From positions 14,735-78,734 of the forward strand of contig JAQVVM010000014.1 of assembly GCA_028698995.1 (NCBI GenBank): DNA of 64,000 bases, given 5' to 3'. Shown piece by piece: positions 27,805-36,092 of this stretch. The stretch's first letter is position 1. Every line of letters starts with the position of its first letter. Under the pieces are notes generated by a model. It searched no databases. It saw only the letters and a list, made by a program, of their open reading frames with translations, and had not been told where the DNA came from. The translations under genes and the position numbers were made by a program. This DNA is from Bacteroidales bacterium. GTDB lineage: Bacteria; Bacteroidota; Bacteroidia; Bacteroidales; PXBB01.

Positions 27805-29115
27805 TTATACAGTTTTAATGATATTTTTTTTATCTTCAACAAATACGCCATCATTATCTATTGTTGTCAGAGGTATGCTTACAATTTTATTTATTAAATA
27901 CTTATCATATAGCATTTTAACTTTCAAATAGTTTTTTGAAAAACCATGAATATACCCCTTGTCGTTTTTTGATTCAAACAAAACTTGATGAATTTTCCCT
28001 ATCTGAGTACTGTAAAAAATTGTTTTCTTTTGATCTGCCAGCGAAAGTAAAACATTGGTTCTTTCTTTTTTCAAGGACGGTGGAACATTTTCTCCCATTT
28101 TGCTTGCTTGTGTTTGATTTCTTTTAGAGTAGGAGAACACATGCATGTATGATAATGGTAATGACTCTAAAAAACCTAATGAATCATTAAAATCTGATTC
28201 CGTTTCTGTAGGAAATCCGGTTATTATATCAGTACCAATACATGCATCAGGCATTAATTCTTTTATTTTAAACAACCTCTCCCGAAACAACTCAATTTGA
28301 TATTTTCGGTTCATTAATTTTAGAATCCTATTGCTTCCGGATTGTAATGGTAAATGGAAGTGATTCAATATTTTTTCGGATTGAGAAGTTAACTGCAAAA
28401 TGTCATCTGTAAGAAGATCCGGTTCAACAGATGACATACGAATTCGATACAAACCTTCAATTTTCTCCAAAGCCAAAAGAACATCAACAAGCCTTTCGCC
28501 TTGATTATTTCTAAAATCACCAATATTAATCCCGGTAAGAACTATTTCGCGAATGCCCTTAGCAACAATATTTGAAGCATTTTTAACGATGTTATTTACT
28601 GTATCACTCCTGCTTCTGCCACGGGCATAAGGGATTACACAATAACTGCAAAAATAATCACAACCATCCTGAATTTTGAGAAATGAGCGGGTACGTTCTC
28701 CTGAAGAAAAGGAAGGATAAAATGACTTTTCTGTCAAATTATATGAGCCTAATTCAACTTCAGAATTAATCTTTCGGCAAATCAAATCAAATAAACTGAA
28801 TTTTTCATTTGCTCCCACAATTAAACCTATCTCATTTATTTCAGACAAGGCAAGTTTTTCAGTTTCAGTAATACATCCGGTAACAACAATAAATGAGTCA
28901 GGATTATTATGAAGTGCTTTGTTGATGATATTTCGGGATTTTTTTACGGCTGTAGATGTAACTGCGCATGTATTAATAACATAAATATCAGCTTTATCAT
29001 TAAAATTTTTAATTGTAAAACCATTATGATTAAATTGATTGGCGATGAACGAACTTTCAGAATAATTCACTTTACATCCCAATGTATAAAAGGCTATTGA
29101 TTTTTGTGGTAACAT
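27805..29115 (-). CDS. mtaB: tRNA t6A37 methylthiotransferase (MiaB-like radical SAM)
   Basis: N-terminal FYTLGCKVNYSES, radical-SAM CDYFCSYCVIPYARG, and a TRAM-like C-terminus. The ORF track starts at a TTG (29124). I prefer the ATG at 29115 (MLPQKSIAFYTLGC). Confidence 0.8.
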   Translation of the reverse strand: MLPQKSIAFYTLGCKVNYSESSFIANQFNHNGFTIKNFNDKADIYVINTCAVTSTAVKKSRNIINKALHNNPDSFIVVTGCITETEKLALSEINEIGLIVGANEKFSLFDLICRKINSEVELGSYNLTEKSFYPSFSSGERTRSFLKIQDGCDYFCSYCVIPYARGRSRSDTVNNIVKNASNIVAKGIREIVLTGINIGDFRNNQGERLVDVLLALEKIEGLYRIRMSSVEPDLLTDDILQLTSQSEKILNHFHLPLQSGSNRILKLMNRKYQIELFRERLFKIKELMPDACIGTDIITGFPTETESDFNDSLGFLESLPLSYMHVFSYSKRNQTQASKMGENVPPSLKKERTNVLLSLADQKKTIFYSTQIGKIHQVLFESKNDKGYIHGFSKNYLKVKMLYDKYLINKIVSIPLTTIDNDGVFVEDKKNIIKTV

Positions 29116-29130
29116 AAATTTCAATTATAT

Positions 29131-29170
29131 AAAATAAAAAGTGTGCAGATTCAATTTTGAACCTACACAC
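29131..29170 (-). terminator. candidate terminator after the small ORF
   Basis: Stem GTGTGCAG (29141-29148) / CTACACAC (29163-29170), 7 of 8 pairs, with a 14-nt loop. On the minus strand it is followed by TTTTTATTTT (29131-29140). It sits only 16 nt upstream of the mtaB ATG, which is unusual. Confidence 0.4.
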
Positions 29171-29197
29171 CATTTTAATAATTGGTCTATAAAAGAA

Positions 29198-29398
29198 TTA
29201 AGCTTTATATGGATTTTGTTTACGGTCAATATATTCAGGACCTTTACCAGTTGAGAATGGGCCTGGAAATGGATCTTCTTCACCAGGAGTCATCAATACA
29301 AGGCTTATTTGATTGTCAATTCTTACTTTATTTAAAATGGGTCTGCTATATTTCTTTTTCATAACTTTATATTTTTCAGTAATCGTTTCAATTGGCAA
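29198..29398 (-). CDS. small hypothetical protein (66 aa)
   Basis: The composition (PGEEDPFPGPFSTGKGPEY) is locally G+C-rich, unlike the random AT-rich translation of the overlapping plus-strand ORF. A hairpin plus T-run follows the stop codon. I recognise no homology. Confidence 0.35.
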   Translation of the reverse strand: MPIETITEKYKVMKKKYSRPILNKVRIDNQISLVLMTPGEEDPFPGPFSTGKGPEYIDRKQNPYKA

Positions 29399-29621
29399 AG
29401 ATAATTAAAATATATCAAATACAATCTTTTTTTTATTTTTTTTTAAATATTTTTATCAGGAAATACACTGTCAATAAAAATTATTCGATGAAAGATAGAT
29501 ATAGTCCTACGATAGAAAACTCAGGCAACAAAAAATTTTTTTTCAAGAAATTTGGATATTTGAATTTTCTTAAAAATATTTAAATTATCAAAATCGTATG
29601 AAACATGCTTTTATAAATTCC

Positions 29622-29629
29622 TAATTTTG
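29622..29629 (+). promoter_or_regulatory. candidate -7 box (TAATTTTG) for trxB
   Basis: TAnnTTTG 16 nt upstream of the ATG at 29645. Confidence 0.3.
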
Positions 29630-29644
29630 TAAAAAAAAATATAT

Positions 29645-30583
29645 ATGGCAGAAAAAATACAATGTTTGATAATCGGTTCAGGTCCTGCAGGATACACAGC
29701 TGCAATTTATGCTGCAAGAGCAGACCTTAAACCAGTTGTTTATGAGGGTTTACAGCCCGGAGGACAACTGACAATAACTACTGAAATAGATAATTTTCCG
29801 GGTTATCCCGAAGGGATTAACGGTACTGAGATGATGGAGGATCTTAAAAAGCAGGCACAACGTTTTGGAACTGATGTGCGCATGGGTATGATAACAACTG
29901 TGGATTTTTCTCAAAGACCGTTTAAAATTATTGCTGATGGGAAGCATGAAATCCTTGCTGATGCAGTCATAATAGCTACAGGTGCCAGCGCCCGATGGTT
30001 AGGTATTGAATCAGAAGCAAAATTTAACGGAGCAGGGGTATCAGCCTGTGCTACATGTGATGGTTTTTTCTACAGAGGAAAGGAAGTCGCAATTGTTGGA
30101 GGAGGAGATACAGCCGCAGAAGAAGCCACCTATTTGTCGAAGCTTTGCAGCAAAGTTACAATGATTATCCGCAGGGATGAATTAAGAGCATCCAAAGCCA
30201 TGCAACAAAAAGTTTTCGACACACCAAATATTGAAGTATTGTGGAACCATGTTACAAAAGAAATTGTTGGCGACCAAACAGTAAATGGTGTTATTGTCGA
30301 AAATGTTAAAACCGGAGAAACAAAGCGCGTAAACATAAGTGGTTTTTTTGTAGCTATTGGTCATAAACCAAATACTGATTTATTTAAAGGTCAGCTTGAT
30401 ATGGATGAAAACAACTATCTTATTACAGCACCCAATTCTACAAAAACTAATATTGAAGGTGTTTTCGCTGCAGGTGATGTGCAGGATCACATTTTCCGAC
30501 AAGCCATTACAGCAGCAGGTTCAGGTTGCATGGCGGCCATAGAAACTGAAAGGTTTCTAAGCAATGTATCTCAAACTCATTAA
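29645..30583 (+). CDS. trxB: thioredoxin-disulfide reductase
   Basis: IIGSGPAGYTAAIYAARA, GGQL, redox-active CATCDG, the second Rossmann VGGGDTAAEEATYL, and GVFAAGDV. Confidence 0.93.
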   Translation: MAEKIQCLIIGSGPAGYTAAIYAARADLKPVVYEGLQPGGQLTITTEIDNFPGYPEGINGTEMMEDLKKQAQRFGTDVRMGMITTVDFSQRPFKIIADGKHEILADAVIIATGASARWLGIESEAKFNGAGVSACATCDGFFYRGKEVAIVGGGDTAAEEATYLSKLCSKVTMIIRRDELRASKAMQQKVFDTPNIEVLWNHVTKEIVGDQTVNGVIVENVKTGETKRVNISGFFVAIGHKPNTDLFKGQLDMDENNYLITAPNSTKTNIEGVFAAGDVQDHIFRQAITAAGSGCMAAIETERFLSNVSQTH

Positions 30584-30591
30584 TAATAATA

Positions 30592-30622
30592 TTTGGTTTT
30601 AATCAATATTTAATTATCTTTG
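30592..30622 (+). promoter_or_regulatory. candidate Bacteroidota promoter (-33 TTTG / -7 TATCTTTG) for the giant surface-protein gene
   Basis: TTTG at 30592-30595 and TATCTTTG at 30615-30622, separated by 19 nt. This fits the known Bacteroides TTTG-N19-21-TAnnTTTG consensus. The -7 box ends 51 nt upstream of the ATG at 30674. Confidence 0.4.
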
Positions 30623-30673
30623 TAATAAAAAAAAATCAACACTCTTATATTTATTAACTAAATTCTAAACATT

Positions 30674-33600
30674 ATGAGAAAATTTTTATTTTTAATGATT
30701 ATGCTGACAATAGGTTTTAACAGCAGCATATCATTTATTCAAACAGTGCAGGCTGATTGTAGTCAGGCTATTAACATTCCTACCTTGCCTGTTACGAATC
30801 AAGCATTAGTTTGTGGTCTTGACAATCTCAATTCTACAAATGTTCCTGGAACTCTTTGTGTTTCTGGTTCCAGTGCAAGCTACAAGGATGGGGATGAAGC
30901 CCTTTATACCTTTACTGCTACTGTATCAGGTGCATATGAAATAAGTTACACCGGTCAAACATGGACTTCAATCATTGTTTATGATGGTTGCCCTACCAGT
31001 GGAGGCACATGTATTAGCAGTTCAGCTTCTTCTTCCAGTTCTAAAACTCTTATTGTTACCTTAACAGCGGGTACAACTTATTACTTATGGTTTGACATTT
31101 GGCCAACACCGGATAGTCCATGCCCTGGAACATTTTCAATTGTAGTACCGCCAAGTTGTCCAAAACCAACAGCACTAACCGCAACTAATATTACTTCTAC
31201 AACAGCGGATTTAGGCTGGACAGCAGGAGGTACAGAAACATTATGGAATATTGAATATGGCATCTCTGGATTTACACCTACCGGTACTCCAACATTAAGC
31301 GGCGTAACCAATCCCCAAAATTTAACAAATCTAACTCCTGCAACTGTTTATCAATTTTATGTTCAGGCAAATTGCGGTGGTGGTGATTTAAGTGTATGGG
31401 CCGGTCCTTTTTCGTTTACAACAACATGTTTAGCTGTTAGTGCCTTTACTCAGAATTTCGATGCTGTTACAACTCCTGCTCTTCCTGTCTGCTGGTCCAA
31501 AGTAGGCACTTCAGGATCCGTTTCAACACAAACATCCAGCAACTTTTCAACACCTAATTGTTTATATATGTATTCAAGCTCTTCAACAAGTGTTGCAGTT
31601 GTTTCAATGCCAATGTTAACGAATATATCTACAGGCACACATTTCTTAAAATTCATGGCAAGAGCTAATTTAACTACAGGTGCTAAGCTTGAAGTTGGAT
31701 ACCTGACAGATGCATCTGATGCTTCTACTTTTGTAGTTCTTAATTCATTTACTCTGACATTAACCTATGCAGAATATAGTGTTTACCCCGGTACAACACC
31801 ACCAGCTAACAGTGTTTTGGCTTTCAGAGCAAATTACTCACCAGCCTACAGTCTGTTAATTGATAATGTAGTTTGGGATGCTGTTCCAAGTTGTCCCGGT
31901 ATTACTCCCGGTACTTTTGTTGCTTCAAACCAAAGCGCCAATAGTGTTGATTTAACTTGGACAGAACTCGGAACTGCAACTCAGTGGGAAATCCAATATG
32001 GTGTAACAGGTTTTACCATGGGTTCAGGAACATCCGTTTTAGCCAATGTTAATCCTTATACATTAGGCAGTTTAAATTCTGCAACTACATATCAGGTTTA
32101 TGTACGAAGCATTTGCACCCCCGGTGATACAAGTACATGGATGGGACCAATTTCTTTTACGACCGCTTGCGCTCCATACATAGCAACTTTAACTCAGAAT
32201 TTTGATGGTGTAAGTACACCCAACTTGCCTGTTTGTTGGTCTAAAATCGTTGTCTCTACCAGTACAGCTTCTCGTGTTCAGACTATAACAACAACAACAC
32301 CTTTCAGTACACCTAATCATGTTGAGATGTACAATTCACCAACTGCAGGTGCTACTACTCATTTAATGCTGGTAAGCCCACAGATTTCTGACCTTGTTGG
32401 AAATAACTGGCTAAGGTTTAAAGCTAAATCAGGAGCTTCTTCTGAAAATCTGATTGTAGGTACAATAACTGACCCAACAGATGCTACAACTTTTACTCCT
32501 ATTCAAACAATAAACACGCTTACAAATTCATATCAGGAATTTTTTGTTCTATTTAACAACTATTCAGGAACGGACGAATATATTGCATTTAAACATGCCA
32601 ATACCACATCAACAAGATACGTTTATATTGATGATTTTGTTTGGGAGCCTATACCAAGTTGCGCAGGCATTATTCCCGGAACTATTACATCAACTAACCC
32701 CACACTCAATTCCATTGATCTTGCTTGGACAGAATGGGTGCCAGCTTCACAATGGCAAATTGAATATGGCTTAAGCGGATTCACACCAGGAAGCGGAACA
32801 CTTGTCATTGCTAACAGCAACCCATCTACATTATCGGGTCTTAATGCATCAAGTACTTATCAAGCATATGTTAGAAGTATTTGTGCACCCGGTGACACAA
32901 GCGTCTGGAGGGGACCGTTTACTTTCTCAACAGTTTGTGGAACATTTAGTGCACCAATGGCACAGAATTTTGATGCCGTAAGCACACCTAATTTACCTTT
33001 ATGCTGGTCTAAAATCGTTGTTTCTACAGCCACTACTGCCCGTGTTCAAACAATAACTACTACTACACCTTTCAGCACACCTAACCATATTGAAATGTTC
33101 AACTCGTCAACTGCAAGTGCAACTACTTATCTGATGCTTGTTTCTCCTCAAATGACAGATGTTGCTTCTGCTACCAACAGGTTAAGATTTATGGCAAAAA
33201 GAGGAACAAATGCTGAAGATGTTATTGTGGGTGTTTTAACAAACCCAACTGATGGTTCTACGTTTACAGCCATTCAGACAATACCTTTAACAACTACATA
33301 TACGGAATATATTGTAAACTTTGATTCTTATGTTGGAACAGGTGAATACTTTGCATTTAAGCATGGCAATACCACAACGACACGTTATGTATATATTGAC
33401 AATGTTGTATGGGAACCTATTCCAACGTGCTTAGAACCGGTTTATAACACATTGGCTGCAAGTAATGCAACTGTCAACAGTGTTGATTTGGCATGGACTG
33501 ATAACGGAACACCTACCGAATGGCAAATTCAATATGGATTATCAGGTTTTGTACCAGGAACAGGAACTTTTGTGACCGCAAATTCTAACCCATTCACACT

Positions 33601-35935
33601 GACAGGCTTACAACATTCAAATAGCTATCAAGCTTATGTAAGAGTTGTTTGTGCACCCGGCGATACAAGTATGTGGAGAGGTCCTGTTGCTTTCGCTACT
33701 CTTTGTGGATCAAATGATGTATTCCCATTTACAGAAGATTTTGAAGGGGTTACTTTCCCTCCAACATGTTGGACAAGGTTTTCAGGACTTTTAGCTGCAC
33801 CCTCTACACTTACTGCGGTAACATCAACATGGATATCAGATGACTTTGCAAATGTAACATCTCCGGTAAACAAATCATCCAGAATTAATATTTATGGTAC
33901 AACAGTAAACCATTGGTTGATTACACCTTCTATTGATTTGGGAACTGGTACAGATTATTTGCTTAAATTTGATCTTGCATTAACAGATTATGCAAATGCA
34001 GCTGCACCTGATATGAATGGTGTTGATGATAAATTTGCTGTTGTTATTTCAACAGATAATGGTACAACATGGACATCAGCTAATGTTTTAAGGTTATGGG
34101 ATAATGCAGGTTCAACTTCCATTTATAATAATATACCTTATACAGGTCAGAATATTTCAATAGACCTAAGTGGTTATACAGGAGTTATTAAAATTGCTTT
34201 CTATGGAGAGTCAACAGCTTCAAATGCAGACAACGACCTGTTTGTTGATAACGTTACCTTCACTGAAAAACCACCTTGTTCTACACCTATTCCAATTTTG
34301 GTTGATGCTACAGATACTATGGCAATTATTTCATGGACTGCAGGTGGAACCAATGCAACATCCTATCAGATTGAATGGGGATTAGAGGGCTTTACTTTAG
34401 GAACTGGCACTGTAATAAATACAACTGATTTGTCAGACACACTTATTGGATTAACACCAGGCACATCTTATGAGCTTTATGTTCGTTCAGTTTGTTTGTA
34501 TGGTGATACCAGTGCATGGTCAAGTGCTCTTCAATTCACTACAGAACAATGTGATGCAGCAGACATGTGTATTTACACCCTAGAATTGGAAGATGATTAT
34601 GGTGATGGTTGGAACAATGCTGAATTTAGTGTATTGCAAAATGGTATGTCACTAGGAACATTTACTGTTTCAAGCGGCAATTCAGCTACTTTTAACATCA
34701 GTGTATGTGATGGTGCAACATTAGAATTTATTTGGACTGAAGGAAGTTATGATGAAGAATGTGCTTTAACAATTAACAATCACTTGGGTATAACTATTTT
34801 TAATTTTGGATTCAATGATTCACCACTGGATGGAGATACCTTCTTTGTATATCTTTCAGATTGTACAATTCCAAGTTGTTTAATGCCTTCAGGTCTTTAT
34901 TTTGATAACGAAGCCACCACAAGTATTGATTTGGGTTGGACTGCCGGAGGCACTGAAGATTTATGGCAAATTGAATATGACACCACTGGTTTTATACACG
35001 GAACAGGTATATTTATTGTTACAGGTGATAATCCATATACTTTGAACGGTTTAACTCCCGGTACTGCTTATGATTTCTATGTGAGAGCCATCTGTGATAC
35101 TGTTGCAGGTGATACTAGTGACTGGGCAGGACCATATTCATTCCTGACACTCTGTGGTATTGTCAATACATTCCCTTGGAATGACCAATTTGATAATGCC
35201 ATACTTCCAGATGTTTTCCCATGCTGGTCAAAAATGACTTCAGGCGGCGAAACATGGTATGTTGAAACCAACCAACCTCAATTTGGAACATATTATGTTG
35301 GTATTGAGTATGACGCAGTAACTATTCAAGACGAATATTTAATTACACCTACATTCGACTTTTCATATCTGGCTCATCCATACATTTCTTTCTGGTGGAG
35401 TATGAGTTATTACTGGGGTGTTGATCCTAATGACAACTACGATGTATATCTATTAGCTACAACAGATGACGGTATCACTATTGACACATTATGGAGTGAA
35501 ACCGATGAAGGTGTTTTCCCCAACTTTACATGGGCCGAAAAAATGATAGATTTAACTGCTTATGCAGGAGAACCTACTGTACAGATTGGTTTTAACTATA
35601 TTGGATTTGATGGTGCAGCATTCTATCTTGATAATGTTACCGTTCATGATACTACAACTGTTGGCATAGTTAAACCTGTCCAAACAGATTTGGATGTGAA
35701 TATTTATCCAAACCCAAGCGAAGGTCTTTTCAATATTGTTATGATGAATGATGTTGAAGAACTTTCACTCACCATTATGGATATACAAGGTAAAGTTGTT
35801 TATGAAGAACAACTTAACGGCATCACTTACGGTTCATCTACTGAACTTAATTTAAGAGCTTTAGCTTCAGGCATGTATCATTTACGCCTTAGCGATGGCA
35901 AAACCATACTCAACAAGAAGTTAGTAATTAACTAA
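30674..35935 (+). CDS. 1753-aa T9SS-secreted surface protein (FN3-like plus choice-of-anchor-J/MAM-like modules, C-terminal sorting domain)
   Basis: Signal peptide, then six FN3-like modules (C.xP..L......S..L.W......W.IEYG..GF..G.G...YQ.YVR..C.PGDTS.W.GP..F.T.C). These alternate with modules that start (E/Q)(D/N)F(D/E).....P.CW(S/T). The last ~80 aa (IYPNPSEGLFNI...GMYHLRL...KKLVIN) match the T9SS type-A CTD. Confidence 0.85.
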   Translation: MRKFLFLMIMLTIGFNSSISFIQTVQADCSQAINIPTLPVTNQALVCGLDNLNSTNVPGTLCVSGSSASYKDGDEALYTFTATVSGAYEISYTGQTWTSIIVYDGCPTSGGTCISSSASSSSSKTLIVTLTAGTTYYLWFDIWPTPDSPCPGTFSIVVPPSCPKPTALTATNITSTTADLGWTAGGTETLWNIEYGISGFTPTGTPTLSGVTNPQNLTNLTPATVYQFYVQANCGGGDLSVWAGPFSFTTTCLAVSAFTQNFDAVTTPALPVCWSKVGTSGSVSTQTSSNFSTPNCLYMYSSSSTSVAVVSMPMLTNISTGTHFLKFMARANLTTGAKLEVGYLTDASDASTFVVLNSFTLTLTYAEYSVYPGTTPPANSVLAFRANYSPAYSLLIDNVVWDAVPSCPGITPGTFVASNQSANSVDLTWTELGTATQWEIQYGVTGFTMGSGTSVLANVNPYTLGSLNSATTYQVYVRSICTPGDTSTWMGPISFTTACAPYIATLTQNFDGVSTPNLPVCWSKIVVSTSTASRVQTITTTTPFSTPNHVEMYNSPTAGATTHLMLVSPQISDLVGNNWLRFKAKSGASSENLIVGTITDPTDATTFTPIQTINTLTNSYQEFFVLFNNYSGTDEYIAFKHANTTSTRYVYIDDFVWEPIPSCAGIIPGTITSTNPTLNSIDLAWTEWVPASQWQIEYGLSGFTPGSGTLVIANSNPSTLSGLNASSTYQAYVRSICAPGDTSVWRGPFTFSTVCGTFSAPMAQNFDAVSTPNLPLCWSKIVVSTATTARVQTITTTTPFSTPNHIEMFNSSTASATTYLMLVSPQMTDVASATNRLRFMAKRGTNAEDVIVGVLTNPTDGSTFTAIQTIPLTTTYTEYIVNFDSYVGTGEYFAFKHGNTTTTRYVYIDNVVWEPIPTCLEPVYNTLAASNATVNSVDLAWTDNGTPTEWQIQYGLSGFVPGTGTFVTANSNPFTLTGLQHSNSYQAYVRVVCAPGDTSMWRGPVAFATLCGSNDVFPFTEDFEGVTFPPTCWTRFSGLLAAPSTLTAVTSTWISDDFANVTSPVNKSSRINIYGTTVNHWLITPSIDLGTGTDYLLKFDLALTDYANAAAPDMNGVDDKFAVVISTDNGTTWTSANVLRLWDNAGSTSIYNNIPYTGQNISIDLSGYTGVIKIAFYGESTASNADNDLFVDNVTFTEKPPCSTPIPILVDATDTMAIISWTAGGTNATSYQIEWGLEGFTLGTGTVINTTDLSDTLIGLTPGTSYELYVRSVCLYGDTSAWSSALQFTTEQCDAADMCIYTLELEDDYGDGWNNAEFSVLQNGMSLGTFTVSSGNSATFNISVCDGATLEFIWTEGSYDEECALTINNHLGITIFNFGFNDSPLDGDTFFVYLSDCTIPSCLMPSGLYFDNEATTSIDLGWTAGGTEDLWQIEYDTTGFIHGTGIFIVTGDNPYTLNGLTPGTAYDFYVRAICDTVAGDTSDWAGPYSFLTLCGIVNTFPWNDQFDNAILPDVFPCWSKMTSGGETWYVETNQPQFGTYYVGIEYDAVTIQDEYLITPTFDFSYLAHPYISFWWSMSYYWGVDPNDNYDVYLLATTDDGITIDTLWSETDEGVFPNFTWAEKMIDLTAYAGEPTVQIGFNYIGFDGAAFYLDNVTVHDTTTVGIVKPVQTDLDVNIYPNPSEGLFNIVMMNDVEELSLTIMDIQGKVVYEEQLNGITYGSSTELNLRALASGMYHLRLSDGKTILNKKLVIN
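31151..33709 (+). repeat. in-frame tandem array of about 735/768/768-bp bi-domain units inside the giant gene
   Basis: Unit starts (CCAAGTTG / CCAACGTG, encoding PSC/PTC) fall at 31151, 31886, 32654 and 33422. Units 2 and 3 are clearly alignable at the DNA level, for example 32195-32340 against 32963-33108, with most positions identical by eye. Confidence 0.8.
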
Positions 35936-35951
35936 AGTAACTTCAATACTT

Positions 35952-35984
35952 AAAAAAGGCTACCTATCAAGGTGGCCTTTTTTA
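35952..35984 (+). terminator. rho-independent terminator of the giant gene
   Basis: AAAAAAGGCTACC-TATCAA-GGTGGCCTTTTTT: a 7-bp G+C-rich stem (one G-U pair) extended by A/T pairs and followed by a T-run. It begins 17 nt after the stop codon. Confidence 0.75.
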
Positions 35985-36044
35985 TTATTAGCAATTCAAG
36001 TGAATTCTTTTCTCTTAAATAGAGATACTTAGACTAATTTTTAA

Positions 36045-36052
36045 TAAATTTG
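36045..36052 (+). promoter_or_regulatory. candidate -7 box (TAAATTTG)
   Basis: TAnnTTTG 41 nt upstream of the ATG at 36093. Confidence 0.3.
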
Positions 36053-36092
36053 TAGCATAATATTAAATCTATACTAAAGATTAATATTCTCG

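Noticed and set aside
29182-29364. 60-aa plus-strand ORF overlapping the small minus-strand ORF
   Set aside because: The translation looks random (MVYKRIKLYMDFVYGQYIQ...). The opposite-strand ORF has the more protein-like composition and a downstream hairpin/T-run.
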